Notes: a model not told the origin generated them from the letters alone. A stretch of 64,000 nt of DNA from a bacterium (GCA_030649055.1 JAUSGH010000001.1:10907-74906), one strand, 5' to 3'. Positions 36,401-44,058 are shown, counted from the first letter of the stretch. Made by a program: numbers and translations.

Positions 36401-36689
36401 GGGAGTTATGATCGCGAATGAAGCGCGCGCCAGCGCGGCATTTTTTGGAGTCGGAAAATATTTAAATCTTTTTCCGGAGGTGATTGAAAAGGTTATTTTG
36501 GACCTTGCTCCGCTTATCATTAACTACATCGCGCCGCAAAACGCCGCTCCGATTATAGAAAGTGTAGAGGGATCGCGCATGGTGTCCCAGTCGCGTCCGG
36601 TACAGATTTTGCGGCAAGCATCCGAGGTTGGCGCGCCGGTGAGTCCGTTGCTCAACGCCATCCGTAATCTTTTCGGCGGCGAGCAGTAG
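33486..36689 (+). CDS. Large secreted protein with an N-terminal six-blade Kelch-like repeat region and a long Ala/Gly/Thr/Val-rich C-terminal region
   Basis: Signal peptide (LLLCFLASLLLFSSAHA). Six repeats of about 50 aa with Y[AQ][LF]RG...TDF.RY.IS...W, consistent with a beta-propeller. Start trimmed to the ATG at 33486 downstream of the MITE-like copy. Confidence 0.6.
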   Translation: MTLYFGPSKFLLLCFLASLLLFSSAHAQTAGTWDSRAAVSASVSQSASLLAYPGSGNLIYQRRGDDNTFNSYSISGDSWSALTSDNCGAGIGNGSFLVRGDSGFLYAACPGGNDTTDFVRYDISGADWEERATSPSGFGNGAAAVWDGSDYIYALPGDAMAAFYRYTISTNVWDSMTASPTGVTGGGSLAYPGSGNFIYAFRGSDLTTFYRYHITENDWSPITAAPDTVGGGGSLVAIDTSTIYALRGEGGGTPRTDFWSYGISGDSWTVLTVAPAAVGAGGSLAYVSNSSGTFLYQLRGNATTDFNRYTISVVAASTGSSAGSFLLAARQDGGLSLARATPPASPTNVVVTPLPCNGTCGATIALSYAALSVHRGRPMTFAFIDESGKTLGSIYEPYANGKSYTMELKNLPQNSPLNGRLCAQFSPGEGCANVQSWTLWSLDAAKVKLSAAPEGDRYRVRVAVPPFMNEGVDASGVRVAIEENGAVKPMSMKNGRVPAATLAQVVTTIGTHETITQVAPFINTAITPPAPSGGLSVPRTTLDVISILPVIQAAPKTGSGGISVPSKAAPSPVPVKESLPGTLLQRSGEWATMLAPGEYRMVLTPINGKGVLGVPLTLPLSLKPFGEAMTLTAGMEAEDGTLRTIIDATSNRLGNTGIDIIAERKGSAFAFRSTEKSVEVRVSLVAALAKAEEHFDFVFACAPGGGNCAVKSVAAQKGNIINRAAIAKNSNGFVTVKTEDAIATVRVTEGITQISISATGELKRLRSEEYVALNALRGGTATFSVSAADVLGNTAAIRDVPVNIPGSEAAIAAFTVTSAGDEGDVEARGVIDYSNFTARGLLLNLSFAEEGLSVEGTVASIPQLVQLLVARDDGTGVQFALSCEASPQAGEASPQVGEKTCGIVAIAAPQGTPLEVVPEENPDGTMRAEAGGITLTYDTQNALPMLVGADAAGFSNIEIRARYPSFGLGNFTGVMIANEARASAAFFGVGKYLNLFPEVIEKVILDLAPLIINYIAPQNAAPIIESVEGSRMVSQSRPVQILRQASEVGAPVSPLLNAIRNLFGGEQ

Positions 36690-36745
36690 CGATAGCGGCG
36701 AAAGGTCAGCTTGTATTCTGATGCGAAATAGATATTATAGAGGCT

Positions 36746-37471
36746 ATGAAACGCCATCGTTTTTTTATTGATCCGCGCGCCATTCAAGGACGCTTTGCGT
36801 ATATTGAGGACGCAAGTGTTTGCGGGCAGATAAGCAAAGTATTGCGGCTCCGCGCGGGGGATGAAGTGATCCTGCTCGACGGGCTTGGTTTTGAATACGC
36901 CGCGCGCCTCGTTGAGGTGAACGCGCGGAAAGCGCAGGCAGAAATTTTGCATCGGCAGATGAATAAAAATGAAGCGGAGCTCAAAATTACTTTATATCAG
37001 GCGTTGGTCAAGAAGGATAAATTTGAATGGGTGCTCCAAAAATGCACCGAAGTCGGTGTTACGCATTTTGTGGCCGTGCAAGCCGCGCGCAGTGAAAAAA
37101 CGGGCTTGAACGAGGAGCGCGCGAAAAAAGTGCTGAAAGAAGCCGCGGAACAGTCCGAGCGCGCGATCATCCCAGAACTTTCGGAAATAAAAACATTTGA
37201 GAGCGCGCTGCGCAAAGCTGTAACGCCGGATACGCCGACGATGATTCTTGACGCAAGCGGTGAATCGATCGTAAGCTCAAAAATGGCGCGCACGCGGTAC
37301 ACGCTGAACGTTTTTGTCGGCCCCGAAGGGGGATGGGATGAGGCAGAGCTTGAGGCGGTTCGAGGACTGATGCGCGAGGGGTATCCGTTGGAAATTGTGA
37401 ATCTTGGTCCACGCGTGCTTCGCGCGGAAACCGCGGGACTTGTGGCGGCGGGGATAGTGCTCAACCGATAA
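36746..37471 (+). CDS. rsmE: 16S rRNA (uracil1498-N3)-methyltransferase RsmE
   Basis: RsmE-type N-terminal PUA-like domain and C-terminal SPOUT motifs (VFVGPEGGW, LGPRVLRAETA). Confidence 0.8.
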   Translation: MKRHRFFIDPRAIQGRFAYIEDASVCGQISKVLRLRAGDEVILLDGLGFEYAARLVEVNARKAQAEILHRQMNKNEAELKITLYQALVKKDKFEWVLQKCTEVGVTHFVAVQAARSEKTGLNEERAKKVLKEAAEQSERAIIPELSEIKTFESALRKAVTPDTPTMILDASGESIVSSKMARTRYTLNVFVGPEGGWDEAELEAVRGLMREGYPLEIVNLGPRVLRAETAGLVAAGIVLNR

Positions 37472-37480
37472 AACGTTAAG

Positions 37481-37566
37481 TGTCATTCCCGCCCGCCGAA
37501 GGCGGATAAACTCCAGCGGGAATCCAGAGTTGGCGTGCTGGATTCCGGATCAAGTCCGGAATGACA
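37481..37566. mobile_element. MITE-like palindromic intergenic repeat, copy 3
   Basis: tgtcattcccgcccgccgaaggcggataaactccagcgggaatccagagttggcgtgctggattccggatcaagtccggaatgaca. Lies directly after the rsmE stop. Confidence 0.6.
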
Positions 37567-37576
37567 GATTAATCTC

Positions 37577-37606
37577 TTGACGTCCACGAAGCACCAGTGC
37601 TATATT
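37577..37606 (+). promoter_or_regulatory. Sigma70-like promoter for the tRNA cluster
   Basis: TTGACG, 18-nt spacer, TATATT. Gives a roughly 60-nt leader with the hairpin ggatgg..ccatcc before the first tRNA. Confidence 0.5.
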
Positions 37607-37675
37607 CGTACCTAGTATAAAGCATATAGGGGATGGTGGTGCAATTCCATCCGGATCCATGACCGTCCTACTTGG

Positions 37676-37747
37676 AGCGCATATGGTGCAACGGTAGCAT
37701 CTCCCTTCCTGACGGGGAGAGATGGAGGTTCGAATCCTCCTATGCGT
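37676..37747 (+). tRNA. tRNA, anticodon region ambiguous (CCT-Arg or CTG-Gln depending on the stem register)
   Basis: Acceptor gcgcata/tatgcgt (G1-U72), D-arm gtgc-aacggta-gcat, T-arm ggagg-ttcgaat-cctcc. The anticodon stem can be drawn as tccct/gggga with loop tcctgac, or as ctccc/cgggg with loop ttcctga. Confidence 0.55.
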
Positions 37748-37754
37748 TTTCTGC

Positions 37755-37865
37755 CGCGGGCGTAGTTCAATTGGTAGAACCTGAGCGTCTTCCTTCTTCG
37801 TTTGTAGCTAAGACCTGGAGAAGGTAATGATACCCAGATATGTCGGTTCAAGACCGACCGCCCGC
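37755..37865 (+). tRNA. tRNA-like gene with an insertion of about 40 nt in the anticodon region (candidate intron-containing or non-canonical tRNA)
   Basis: Canonical acceptor gcgggcg/cgcccgc, D-arm gttc-aattggta-gaac and T-arm gtcgg-ttcaaga-ccgac. About 60 nt lie between the D-arm and T-arm. They hold an 8-bp helix (37791-37798 paired with 37816-37823) nested inside a 5-bp helix ctgag/cccag. Confidence 0.5.
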
Positions 37866-37935
37866 TTTCCGCGATATCGCCCGGGACCTCACGGTTTCCG
37901 GGCGATGATCTTTTTGGTAACAAGCAAGGAGGCGA

Positions 37936-38445
37936 ATGATGTTCTGCCCTCGTTGTGGACACCGGATGGAAAGCCGCGAAAGGGTGTTTCTGGGTGGCGT
38001 CGTATTCTCCGAGTTCGGCTGTGTGCGATGCAACCGGGCATTCCTCACGAACACGCCACGCGTAAAGACGATGGATGATCGGTTCAAGCTCGGCGAGTCC
38101 ATGTGTACGTGGAAGGAAACGCTGAAGAGCCCGGTGATGCCATTGGGAGAGGCGAAGCGTCGCAGGGATGTGTGGACGGGCAAACGGATGCGTCGGCGTT
38201 GTGTGCCGCGCTTTTGCCCGAAGTGCGGCGCGCTGCTCGAGATGCTGCGCGAGTGCTACGAGCGTGGTCGTCCGCGCGCGGTCTACGGATGTCCGAGTCG
38301 CCGGAGTTGCGGCATGATCTACGTCCAGCCAGCCAAGTACTTCATGGAGCTCTCCGAAGTGGGCCGTGACTGGACGGAGTACAAGCGGTGGTGTATCCGG
38401 AAGAACCGGCAATTGTGCCGGGAAAAGGCGTCGAGACGGATCTAG
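37936..38445 (+). CDS. Hypothetical Cys-rich zinc-ribbon protein (GC-rich)
   Basis: AAGGAGG RBS. CPRCGH..CVRC and CPKCGALL..YGCPSRRSCG motifs. 169 aa. The opposite-strand ORF looks like a shadow ORF. Confidence 0.5.
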   Translation: MMFCPRCGHRMESRERVFLGGVVFSEFGCVRCNRAFLTNTPRVKTMDDRFKLGESMCTWKETLKSPVMPLGEAKRRRDVWTGKRMRRRCVPRFCPKCGALLEMLRECYERGRPRAVYGCPSRRSCGMIYVQPAKYFMELSEVGRDWTEYKRWCIRKNRQLCREKASRRI

Positions 38446-38452
38446 TGCGAGT

Positions 38453-38491
38453 ACGGGTCGGTTGCTTCAGGCGACCGACCCGTATCCTTTT
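38453..38491 (+). terminator. Intrinsic terminator
   Basis: acgggtcggt-tgcttcaggcg-accgacccgt followed by a T-rich run. Confidence 0.65.
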
Positions 38492-38515
38492 CGTGGTAGA
38501 ATAAGATAATAGGGT

Positions 38516-39532
38516 ATGCAAAAGATTATCTCATTTATTCTATCCGAAGCGCCAAATTTGAGGGGTGGCGAAGTGCTCGCGGTGCCGCAAAGTGAGAGCG
38601 CGCCGCACTATTTCGGCGCCTCGGTGCCGAAGCAGGTCCTTTTTGATAAAGAAGAACATGAAGTTGAGGGGCAAAAGGTGATGTTTGAGGTGAAGGCATA
38701 TCGTCCGGACGTGTTGCTGGTGGAAGGACAAGCCGAAGTTGAGGACATTTTCAGCGAAGAGGCGTTTAAACTCCGCGAGCGTCTCATTGATACGTGCCAC
38801 GCTATCACGAAGCGCCGTGGGGGAAAATTTGAATTCAGCGAAGAGTATTCGGTCGCAGTGGTGGGCGGTTACACCGGCGACCCTGAGCAATTTTTTACGC
38901 ACGCCGATAAGATTGCCGGATTTTTGAAATCCGAGCGGCTCCCACTGGACGAAAAAGAAGTTGCCTACACGCTTTCTTCGCAAATGAAATACGCGAAAGA
39001 CGACTTAGTCATCGTGGACTGGGACGGCGCGTTTATTTTTGATCCGAACGGAGAATACGAATCGGTCGTGGAGCTTTTGCAAATCGCCAACTTGCAGCTA
39101 TTGCGGTACCGCATTCTGGATTCGGATTTGGACGCGCGTCTTCAGAAAATTGGGAAGTTTATGCAGGCGACCATTGGAAAAAAGACGATGTTCCGCAATC
39201 GCGAACTGTCACAGGCGTTTCGCGACGTTATTGCCGTGCGTTCGCGCTCCGTCGCGGAATTTGAGGGCATCGATCGCGAAATCAAACTCATCGGCGACTG
39301 GTATTCGGCGCGCCTGTACGATTTCGTCGGGAAAAAGTTTAAGCTGGATACCTGGAAGGCGGATATTAAAGAAAAACTTGATTCGCTGGAAGACGTGTAT
39401 TCCATCGTCGCGGAAAATTTTAGTATCACGCGCCATCAACTCTTGGAGCTCATCCAAATTATTTTATTTTTCGTCTTGCAGGTCGGGTGGTTTGGACTAC
39501 TCATCCTCGAGTTTTTATACTTTACGAGGTAA
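38516..39532 (+). CDS. Hypothetical protein with a C-terminal TM helix (possibly DUF155/RMD1-like; family uncertain)
   Basis: 338 aa soluble domain followed by a hydrophobic tail (LIQIILFFVLQVGWFGLLILEFLYF). Confidence 0.45.
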   Translation: MQKIISFILSEAPNLRGGEVLAVPQSESAPHYFGASVPKQVLFDKEEHEVEGQKVMFEVKAYRPDVLLVEGQAEVEDIFSEEAFKLRERLIDTCHAITKRRGGKFEFSEEYSVAVVGGYTGDPEQFFTHADKIAGFLKSERLPLDEKEVAYTLSSQMKYAKDDLVIVDWDGAFIFDPNGEYESVVELLQIANLQLLRYRILDSDLDARLQKIGKFMQATIGKKTMFRNRELSQAFRDVIAVRSRSVAEFEGIDREIKLIGDWYSARLYDFVGKKFKLDTWKADIKEKLDSLEDVYSIVAENFSITRHQLLELIQIILFFVLQVGWFGLLILEFLYFTR

Positions 39533-39612
39533 TAGAAAGCGATACGTCTCCGTATGTGTTGGAAATTAAATACCGCCCAGCTCTCCTTTTTGGGAAAACC
39601 GGGCGGGCGTGT

Positions 39613-40938
39613 TTATTGCTGCGTTTCCGCGTCACAGAGTACGAGTAGCTGATCGAGCGTCACGATCGCTTTGCACAGTTGCGGCGTACTGATCACGAGT
39701 GGCGGCGCGATAACGATGAGGTTGCCGCGAACGGCGAACGATACGCCGAGCTTGCGGCCTTCGGCAACAAGCGTCTTCAGCGCCGGCGCGATTTTCGGCC
39801 AAGTCGACAGAGGTTCCTTGGTTTCGCGGTTCTTTACCAGTTCAAGAATTGCGAAAAGCCCTTCTCCGCGAACGTCGCCGATGGAACAGTGCTTCGTGGC
39901 AAGTGAGCGCAGGGCTTCGTGCATCTTGGCGCCAAGCGCGCGCGAACGAGTGATGAGTTGTTCGTCACGGTACGCGTCTATCGCCGCGACTCCTGCCGCG
40001 CACGCAAGCGGATGCCCGCTGTAGGTGAGTCCGGTTTGGAGCTTGCGGAAATCAAAGTACGCGGCGACTTCCTTGGAAACGATAACGGCGCCTAGCGGAA
40101 CATGTGCTCCGGTCAGACCCTTCGCAATCGTCATGATGTCGGGCCGTCCGGCCTCTCCATGCTTCTGCCACGCGAACCATTCGCCGACACGGCCGAATCC
40201 GCTCATCACCTCGTCGGCAATGAGCAGGACGCCGTACCGCGATGTGATTTCGCGCAGTTTCGGCCAGTACTCCGGAGGTGCCGCGATGCCATTTGTTCCT
40301 GCGGCCGGCTCCATGAGCACCGCCGTAACTTTAGACGACCCTTCTTGTGCGATGATTTCATCGATCGTCTCGGCGCAGAGGATGCCGCACGAATTGTACC
40401 GCGCGTGGAAAGGACAACGGTAGCAGTAGGGCGGCAGTACGTGGACAACCCTTAGGCCACCAGGAGGATATTCCGCTCCGCGGTCGTCGCCGGAAAGCTC
40501 CATCGTCGCGAATGATGCCCCGTGATAGGAGCGGTACCGCGTGATGATTTTCCCGGAAGTCTTTCCCGAAGCCCAGAGCGCCATTTTCACCGCGTTTTCA
40601 TTTGCGTCGGCTCCGCCGGTGGTAAAGAAGACGCGACCTCCCGCAAACCCCGAAACTTCCAGTAGTTTTGCGGCGAGTTCCGCGCGCGGATCAGACCCCC
40701 ACGCGGAGGTGACAAAGCACATTTTGTCGGCCTGTCGCTTGATGGCGGCAACCACTGCCGGATGCTGATGGCCGAGGTTGGAACATTCCGCCATGCTGGA
40801 CATGTCAATGTAGCGCTTGTTGTTCGTGTCCCAAAACACGGCGCCACTCCCCCCGACAATTGTCGGCCCGTTCCATTGCTCCTGCGCGGTCCATGTATGC
40901 ATCACCGATGCGCGTTCGATATCATTCCACTTATTCAT
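39613..40938 (-). CDS. Class-III PLP-dependent aminotransferase (GC-rich)
   Basis: Lysine motif TIAKGLTGAHVPLGAVIV and an ADEVMSGFGRVG segment are typical of the omega-aminotransferase/BioA family. Confidence 0.8.
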   Translation of the reverse strand: MNKWNDIERASVMHTWTAQEQWNGPTIVGGSGAVFWDTNNKRYIDMSSMAECSNLGHQHPAVVAAIKRQADKMCFVTSAWGSDPRAELAAKLLEVSGFAGGRVFFTTGGADANENAVKMALWASGKTSGKIITRYRSYHGASFATMELSGDDRGAEYPPGGLRVVHVLPPYCYRCPFHARYNSCGILCAETIDEIIAQEGSSKVTAVLMEPAAGTNGIAAPPEYWPKLREITSRYGVLLIADEVMSGFGRVGEWFAWQKHGEAGRPDIMTIAKGLTGAHVPLGAVIVSKEVAAYFDFRKLQTGLTYSGHPLACAAGVAAIDAYRDEQLITRSRALGAKMHEALRSLATKHCSIGDVRGEGLFAILELVKNRETKEPLSTWPKIAPALKTLVAEGRKLGVSFAVRGNLIVIAPPLVISTPQLCKAIVTLDQLLVLCDAETQQ

Positions 40939-41011
40939 CTATTCCTCCAATCTGTATTCGCTTGCGTTTCAGAACTGCTACCATGGTAACGGGTTCCATG
41001 GGGTGCGTCAA

Positions 41012-41052
41012 TCAATAAAAATAACCCCACAAAGCGGGGTTATTTTTATTGA
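41012..41052. terminator. 17-bp perfect hairpin terminator
   Basis: tcaataaaaataacccc-acaaagc-ggggttatttttattga. Confidence 0.7.
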
Positions 41053-41065
41053 TCCGGTATCCGGA

Positions 41066-41704
41066 TTATCGCGGAGTGGTGGTGGCAACCGTGGTTGTAC
41101 TAGTAGCAACTGTTGTTGTTGCCGGCGGAGTGTAGGTGATGACGGTTGCGATGCGGCTGAGCCGCGCTCCGTTAGTTCCAACTGAAATCACGGCGCCTAT
41201 TTGAATCACGCTTGAAGAATTTTTTACCAGCGACAATCCGTTAAATGTCGTTGGGGCAAGTTGAGTCGGGGTGAGGCCTGCAAGGTTATAATTCCACGCG
41301 ACGGTGCTATCCATATTGTTATAGCGGTAGAAGACGCCGAGTGTTGTTGTGCTACTCCCGTAGTTGTTGTTCTTTGATGCGCAGGGAGTGATAGTGATTG
41401 CTGTGATTGTGGAACCGTTCGGAACTGCGGCAAGACTTATGCCATATGATTCGCGACTTCCCGCGGCATTCGTGTAGTTGTAACTAGCCAGCCCATCGCA
41501 CGTCAGCTCATTGACGTTGTTGAAATGCCCTCTCCGCGCCGTGCTTATGCTTGGCATCCATCGAAGATATGTTCCGTCGGATGAAGGAAGGAGTGCATTG
41601 GTCGTGTCTGCGAATACCGAATAAACCGAAAAGAGGGAGGCAATACCTAAAAGTGCGATGCCGCTGATTAAGATTTTGTGTTTGACGTTATAGGTCGTTG
41701 TCAT
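41066..41704 (-). CDS. Hypothetical secreted or anchored protein with a Thr-rich C-terminal tail
   Basis: N-terminal TM/signal (ILISGIALLGIASLFSVYSVFA), C-terminal TTTVATSTTTVATTTPR. Confidence 0.5.
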   Translation of the reverse strand: MTTTYNVKHKILISGIALLGIASLFSVYSVFADTTNALLPSSDGTYLRWMPSISTARRGHFNNVNELTCDGLASYNYTNAAGSRESYGISLAAVPNGSTITAITITPCASKNNNYGSSTTTLGVFYRYNNMDSTVAWNYNLAGLTPTQLAPTTFNGLSLVKNSSSVIQIGAVISVGTNGARLSRIATVITYTPPATTTVATSTTTVATTTPR

Positions 41705-41886
41705 AAAAGTTTATTTTTTTATTAGTATTTCTTTCGTTGTGGAATTAATCGACCATATGTGAGATCCACGATTTAATTTGTGTAGTTGGAAGTATCCCTA
41801 TGCGTAACGCATCGGATGCGGAAAGTCTAACTTGTAAATTTTGGGATATGCTTGCATTCCGCCTCGGCAACCCCACAGACAAACTT

Positions 41887-41958
41887 GTGGACCCAGGGAG
41901 AATCGAACTCCCACCTCGGCAATGCGAATGCCGCGTAATACCATTTTACTATGGGCCC
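41887..41958 (-). tRNA. tRNA-Ala (anticodon CGC)
   Basis: The reverse complement gives acceptor gggccca/tgggtcc with a G3-U70 wobble (the Ala identity element), anticodon stem cggca/tgccg with loop ttcgcat, and T-arm gggag-ttcgatt-ctccc. Confidence 0.7.
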
Positions 41959-42021
41959 ATTAAGGACATACTAAGGGAAAGCAGCGTGACTGACAAGGTC
42001 TTGCCAACAGTTATAATCTGC

Positions 42022-42339
42022 ATGAAAGAAATCAGCCACATCGTAAAAAGTTTGCTACACGCCTCGGGTGTATTTTTATACATCCTTGGGATTGTGGGAT
42101 TACTCTCCAACGCGAAAGGAATGTTTGGTCCCACGGACCCGCCTTTCCCTCTTGCGCCGCTCTTTATGCTGTTGCTCTTCATTATATCGGCAACCATTAC
42201 CGGATCGTTGGTGCTCGGGAAACCAATCTATTTGTATCTGGAACACCGGAAAAAAGAAGCGTTTATTTTTCTTTGCTCCACGTTAGTATGGCTCACGTTC
42301 TTTCTCGCGGTGGTTGCGGCGGCGATGCTGGCATTTTAG
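42022..42339 (+). CDS. Small multi-TM membrane protein (hypothetical)
   Basis: 105 aa with three hydrophobic helices. Trimmed from ORF 41800..42339, whose N-terminus overlaps tRNA-Ala. The start is uncertain. Confidence 0.4.
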   Translation: MKEISHIVKSLLHASGVFLYILGIVGLLSNAKGMFGPTDPPFPLAPLFMLLLFIISATITGSLVLGKPIYLYLEHRKKEAFIFLCSTLVWLTFFLAVVAAAMLAF

Positions 42340-42430
42340 TTCAGTCCCCGGCCGCGCCACGAAGTTTTTGCGATGTGGTAATTGCGCGTCCGGCCGGCGC
42401 GTTCTATATTGGTGATGAACGTATATCTGT

Positions 42431-43528
42431 ATGAGTTCTGAGAATCCAAAACAAGAAAACGACGCGGAGAACACAGAAGAAGGGCATGGAGCAGCAGCGA
42501 AAGGCGCGGAGCGCAGTTTTTTTGATCTCGAAAACGTTGATCATGAGATCGTAAAAAAGTTTAAGCCGGAATTTATCGCGATGGGCGGCGAGCATATCGT
42601 TTATAGCATTCCGGAACATCCCGACGTTGTGGCAAAAGTGAACATTCTATCGGTGCGCAGGATTTTACACGAGAATCGGCGGGCGCTACAGCGCCCCGAC
42701 GCGCTCACTGATGGCGCGAAGCGATACATGGATAATTTTCTTCATGAAGAAGCGGAGAAGTATCAAGGAGTTAGGGCCTATTTTGGCGCTGAACACGCGC
42801 CGAATCAGAAAAAGTTTTTATTGAAGATTCCGATAACTAAAAACATATTGAAGGCTATCGGGGAAGAATCTTCCGGTGAGCTTGCAGAGGTTTGGGGCGT
42901 GGTGATGATTCAGAAGCGCGCCGAGCTGGAGGGGCCGGATCACTTCAGTTTGGCGACAAACGGATATCCGGAGCAAAGGGATATACCCGGCGGAGTTTAT
43001 CAGGCCGCGACCATGTGTTTGCTGTATGGCGACGAGTATTCGGGATTGTCGGGAAAAGAAGCATTGCTGGAATTGCTGGGAGAGGGTGGCGGAGACCTCA
43101 AGAACTTAATCGCGGCCGCGGAACAGGACGCCAAGCTTCGCGTGATGCTCAAGGATCTCGTCGAAAAACTTATTGTTTATTTTGAAAAAACCGGAGCGAT
43201 ATTTGACGTCGTCGGGAAGGATAACATCGCGATAATGAAGGAGGGAGGGGTTTGGACGTATAAGTTTGTAGACGCGATTTATCCCGAGGGGGTGGATGTT
43301 AGCGCTGACGCACGGAATGCTATTGTCAAGCTTGCGCGCAAGGAAGAGATTACGGACGTGGAGCGGAATGAGGTGTTGAATACCATAAACTTTGTCCGCA
43401 CCATGAACGGACTCGCCGAGTTTTTGGGTTCCGAGAAGCGGATAAATATTATTCCCGATGAGGTGTGGGATGGCGAGTCTAACTTTTCATACGTTGATTT
43501 CCAAAAAACCCTTAAAGAAGAGGATTAA
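42431..43528 (+). CDS. Hypothetical protein with protein-kinase-like motifs (atypical kinase fold?)
   Basis: Gly-rich loop plus VAK-like segment (MGGEHIVYSIPEHPDVVAKV), a catalytic-loop-like VVGKDNIAI and a DFG-like VDAIYPEG. By inference only. Confidence 0.4.
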   Translation: MSSENPKQENDAENTEEGHGAAAKGAERSFFDLENVDHEIVKKFKPEFIAMGGEHIVYSIPEHPDVVAKVNILSVRRILHENRRALQRPDALTDGAKRYMDNFLHEEAEKYQGVRAYFGAEHAPNQKKFLLKIPITKNILKAIGEESSGELAEVWGVVMIQKRAELEGPDHFSLATNGYPEQRDIPGGVYQAATMCLLYGDEYSGLSGKEALLELLGEGGGDLKNLIAAAEQDAKLRVMLKDLVEKLIVYFEKTGAIFDVVGKDNIAIMKEGGVWTYKFVDAIYPEGVDVSADARNAIVKLARKEEITDVERNEVLNTINFVRTMNGLAEFLGSEKRINIIPDEVWDGESNFSYVDFQKTLKEED

Positions 43529-43529
43529 T

Positions 43530-43981
43530 ATGTCTCAACCCAATGTCACTATCGGGTGCAGTATTATGTTGGAGCGGGACGGCAAGCTCTTGCTCATTAA
43601 AGAGGCTCGCCCGAACGTGCGCGGGAAATGGAATACTCCCGCGGGCACCTTGAGGGTGTAGAGACTCCTATTGAATGTGCGTTAAGAGAGGCAAAGGAAG
43701 AATCGGGTTACGACGTGGAGCTCACCGGCATACAAGCGGTGTATCACCGGCCGAGCGCGGACGAGTATATCATTGACTACTGTTTTTTGGCGCGTCCAAA
43801 GAGTTTGGTGACGTCGCCGCTCGCGGACGATGTGCTTGAAGCAAAATGGTTCACGCGCGAAGAAACTGAAAAATTACCGCGCGAATCGTTGCGTTCGGCG
43901 CGGAGCGCAAAGCGGTTGGAGGATTGGCTTGCCGGTGTGCGCCATCCGATTAGTGTTGTTGCGCAGCCCCCGCTTTCATAA
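43530..43981 (+). pseudogene. NUDIX hydrolase interrupted by a frameshift
   Basis: The N-terminal frame (MSQPNVTIGCSIMLERDGKLLLIKEARPNVRGKWNTPAG) ends with TAG at 43659-43661. The Nudix box GHLEGVETPIECALREAKEESGYDVEL continues in a second frame from about 43640. One base appears missing near gcgggcacc. Confidence 0.65.
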
Positions 43982-44010
43982 TCCTCTCGTGGGTTGTTGC
44001 GCCGGCAAAG

Positions 44011-44058
44011 TGTTTACATTATTAAAGCTTAAGCGCTGAAGATGTAAACATTTTTTTG
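44011..44058 (+). terminator. Intrinsic terminator
   Basis: gtttacat-22 nt loop-atgtaaac followed by TTTTTTT. Confidence 0.55.

Noticed and set aside
33486-36689. Diversity-generating retroelement target (variable repeat at the 3' end of the large surface protein)
   Set aside because: No reverse transcriptase gene and no template/variable repeat pair with adenine-specific mismatches found in the window.
41800-42021. N-terminal 74 codons of ORF 41800..42339 (..DPGRIELPPRQCECRVIPFYYGP..)
   Set aside because: This stretch is the reverse complement of tRNA-Ala(CGC). The T-loop GTTCGATTC translated in reverse gives the tell-tale RIELP. Only the downstream membrane-protein part is kept.
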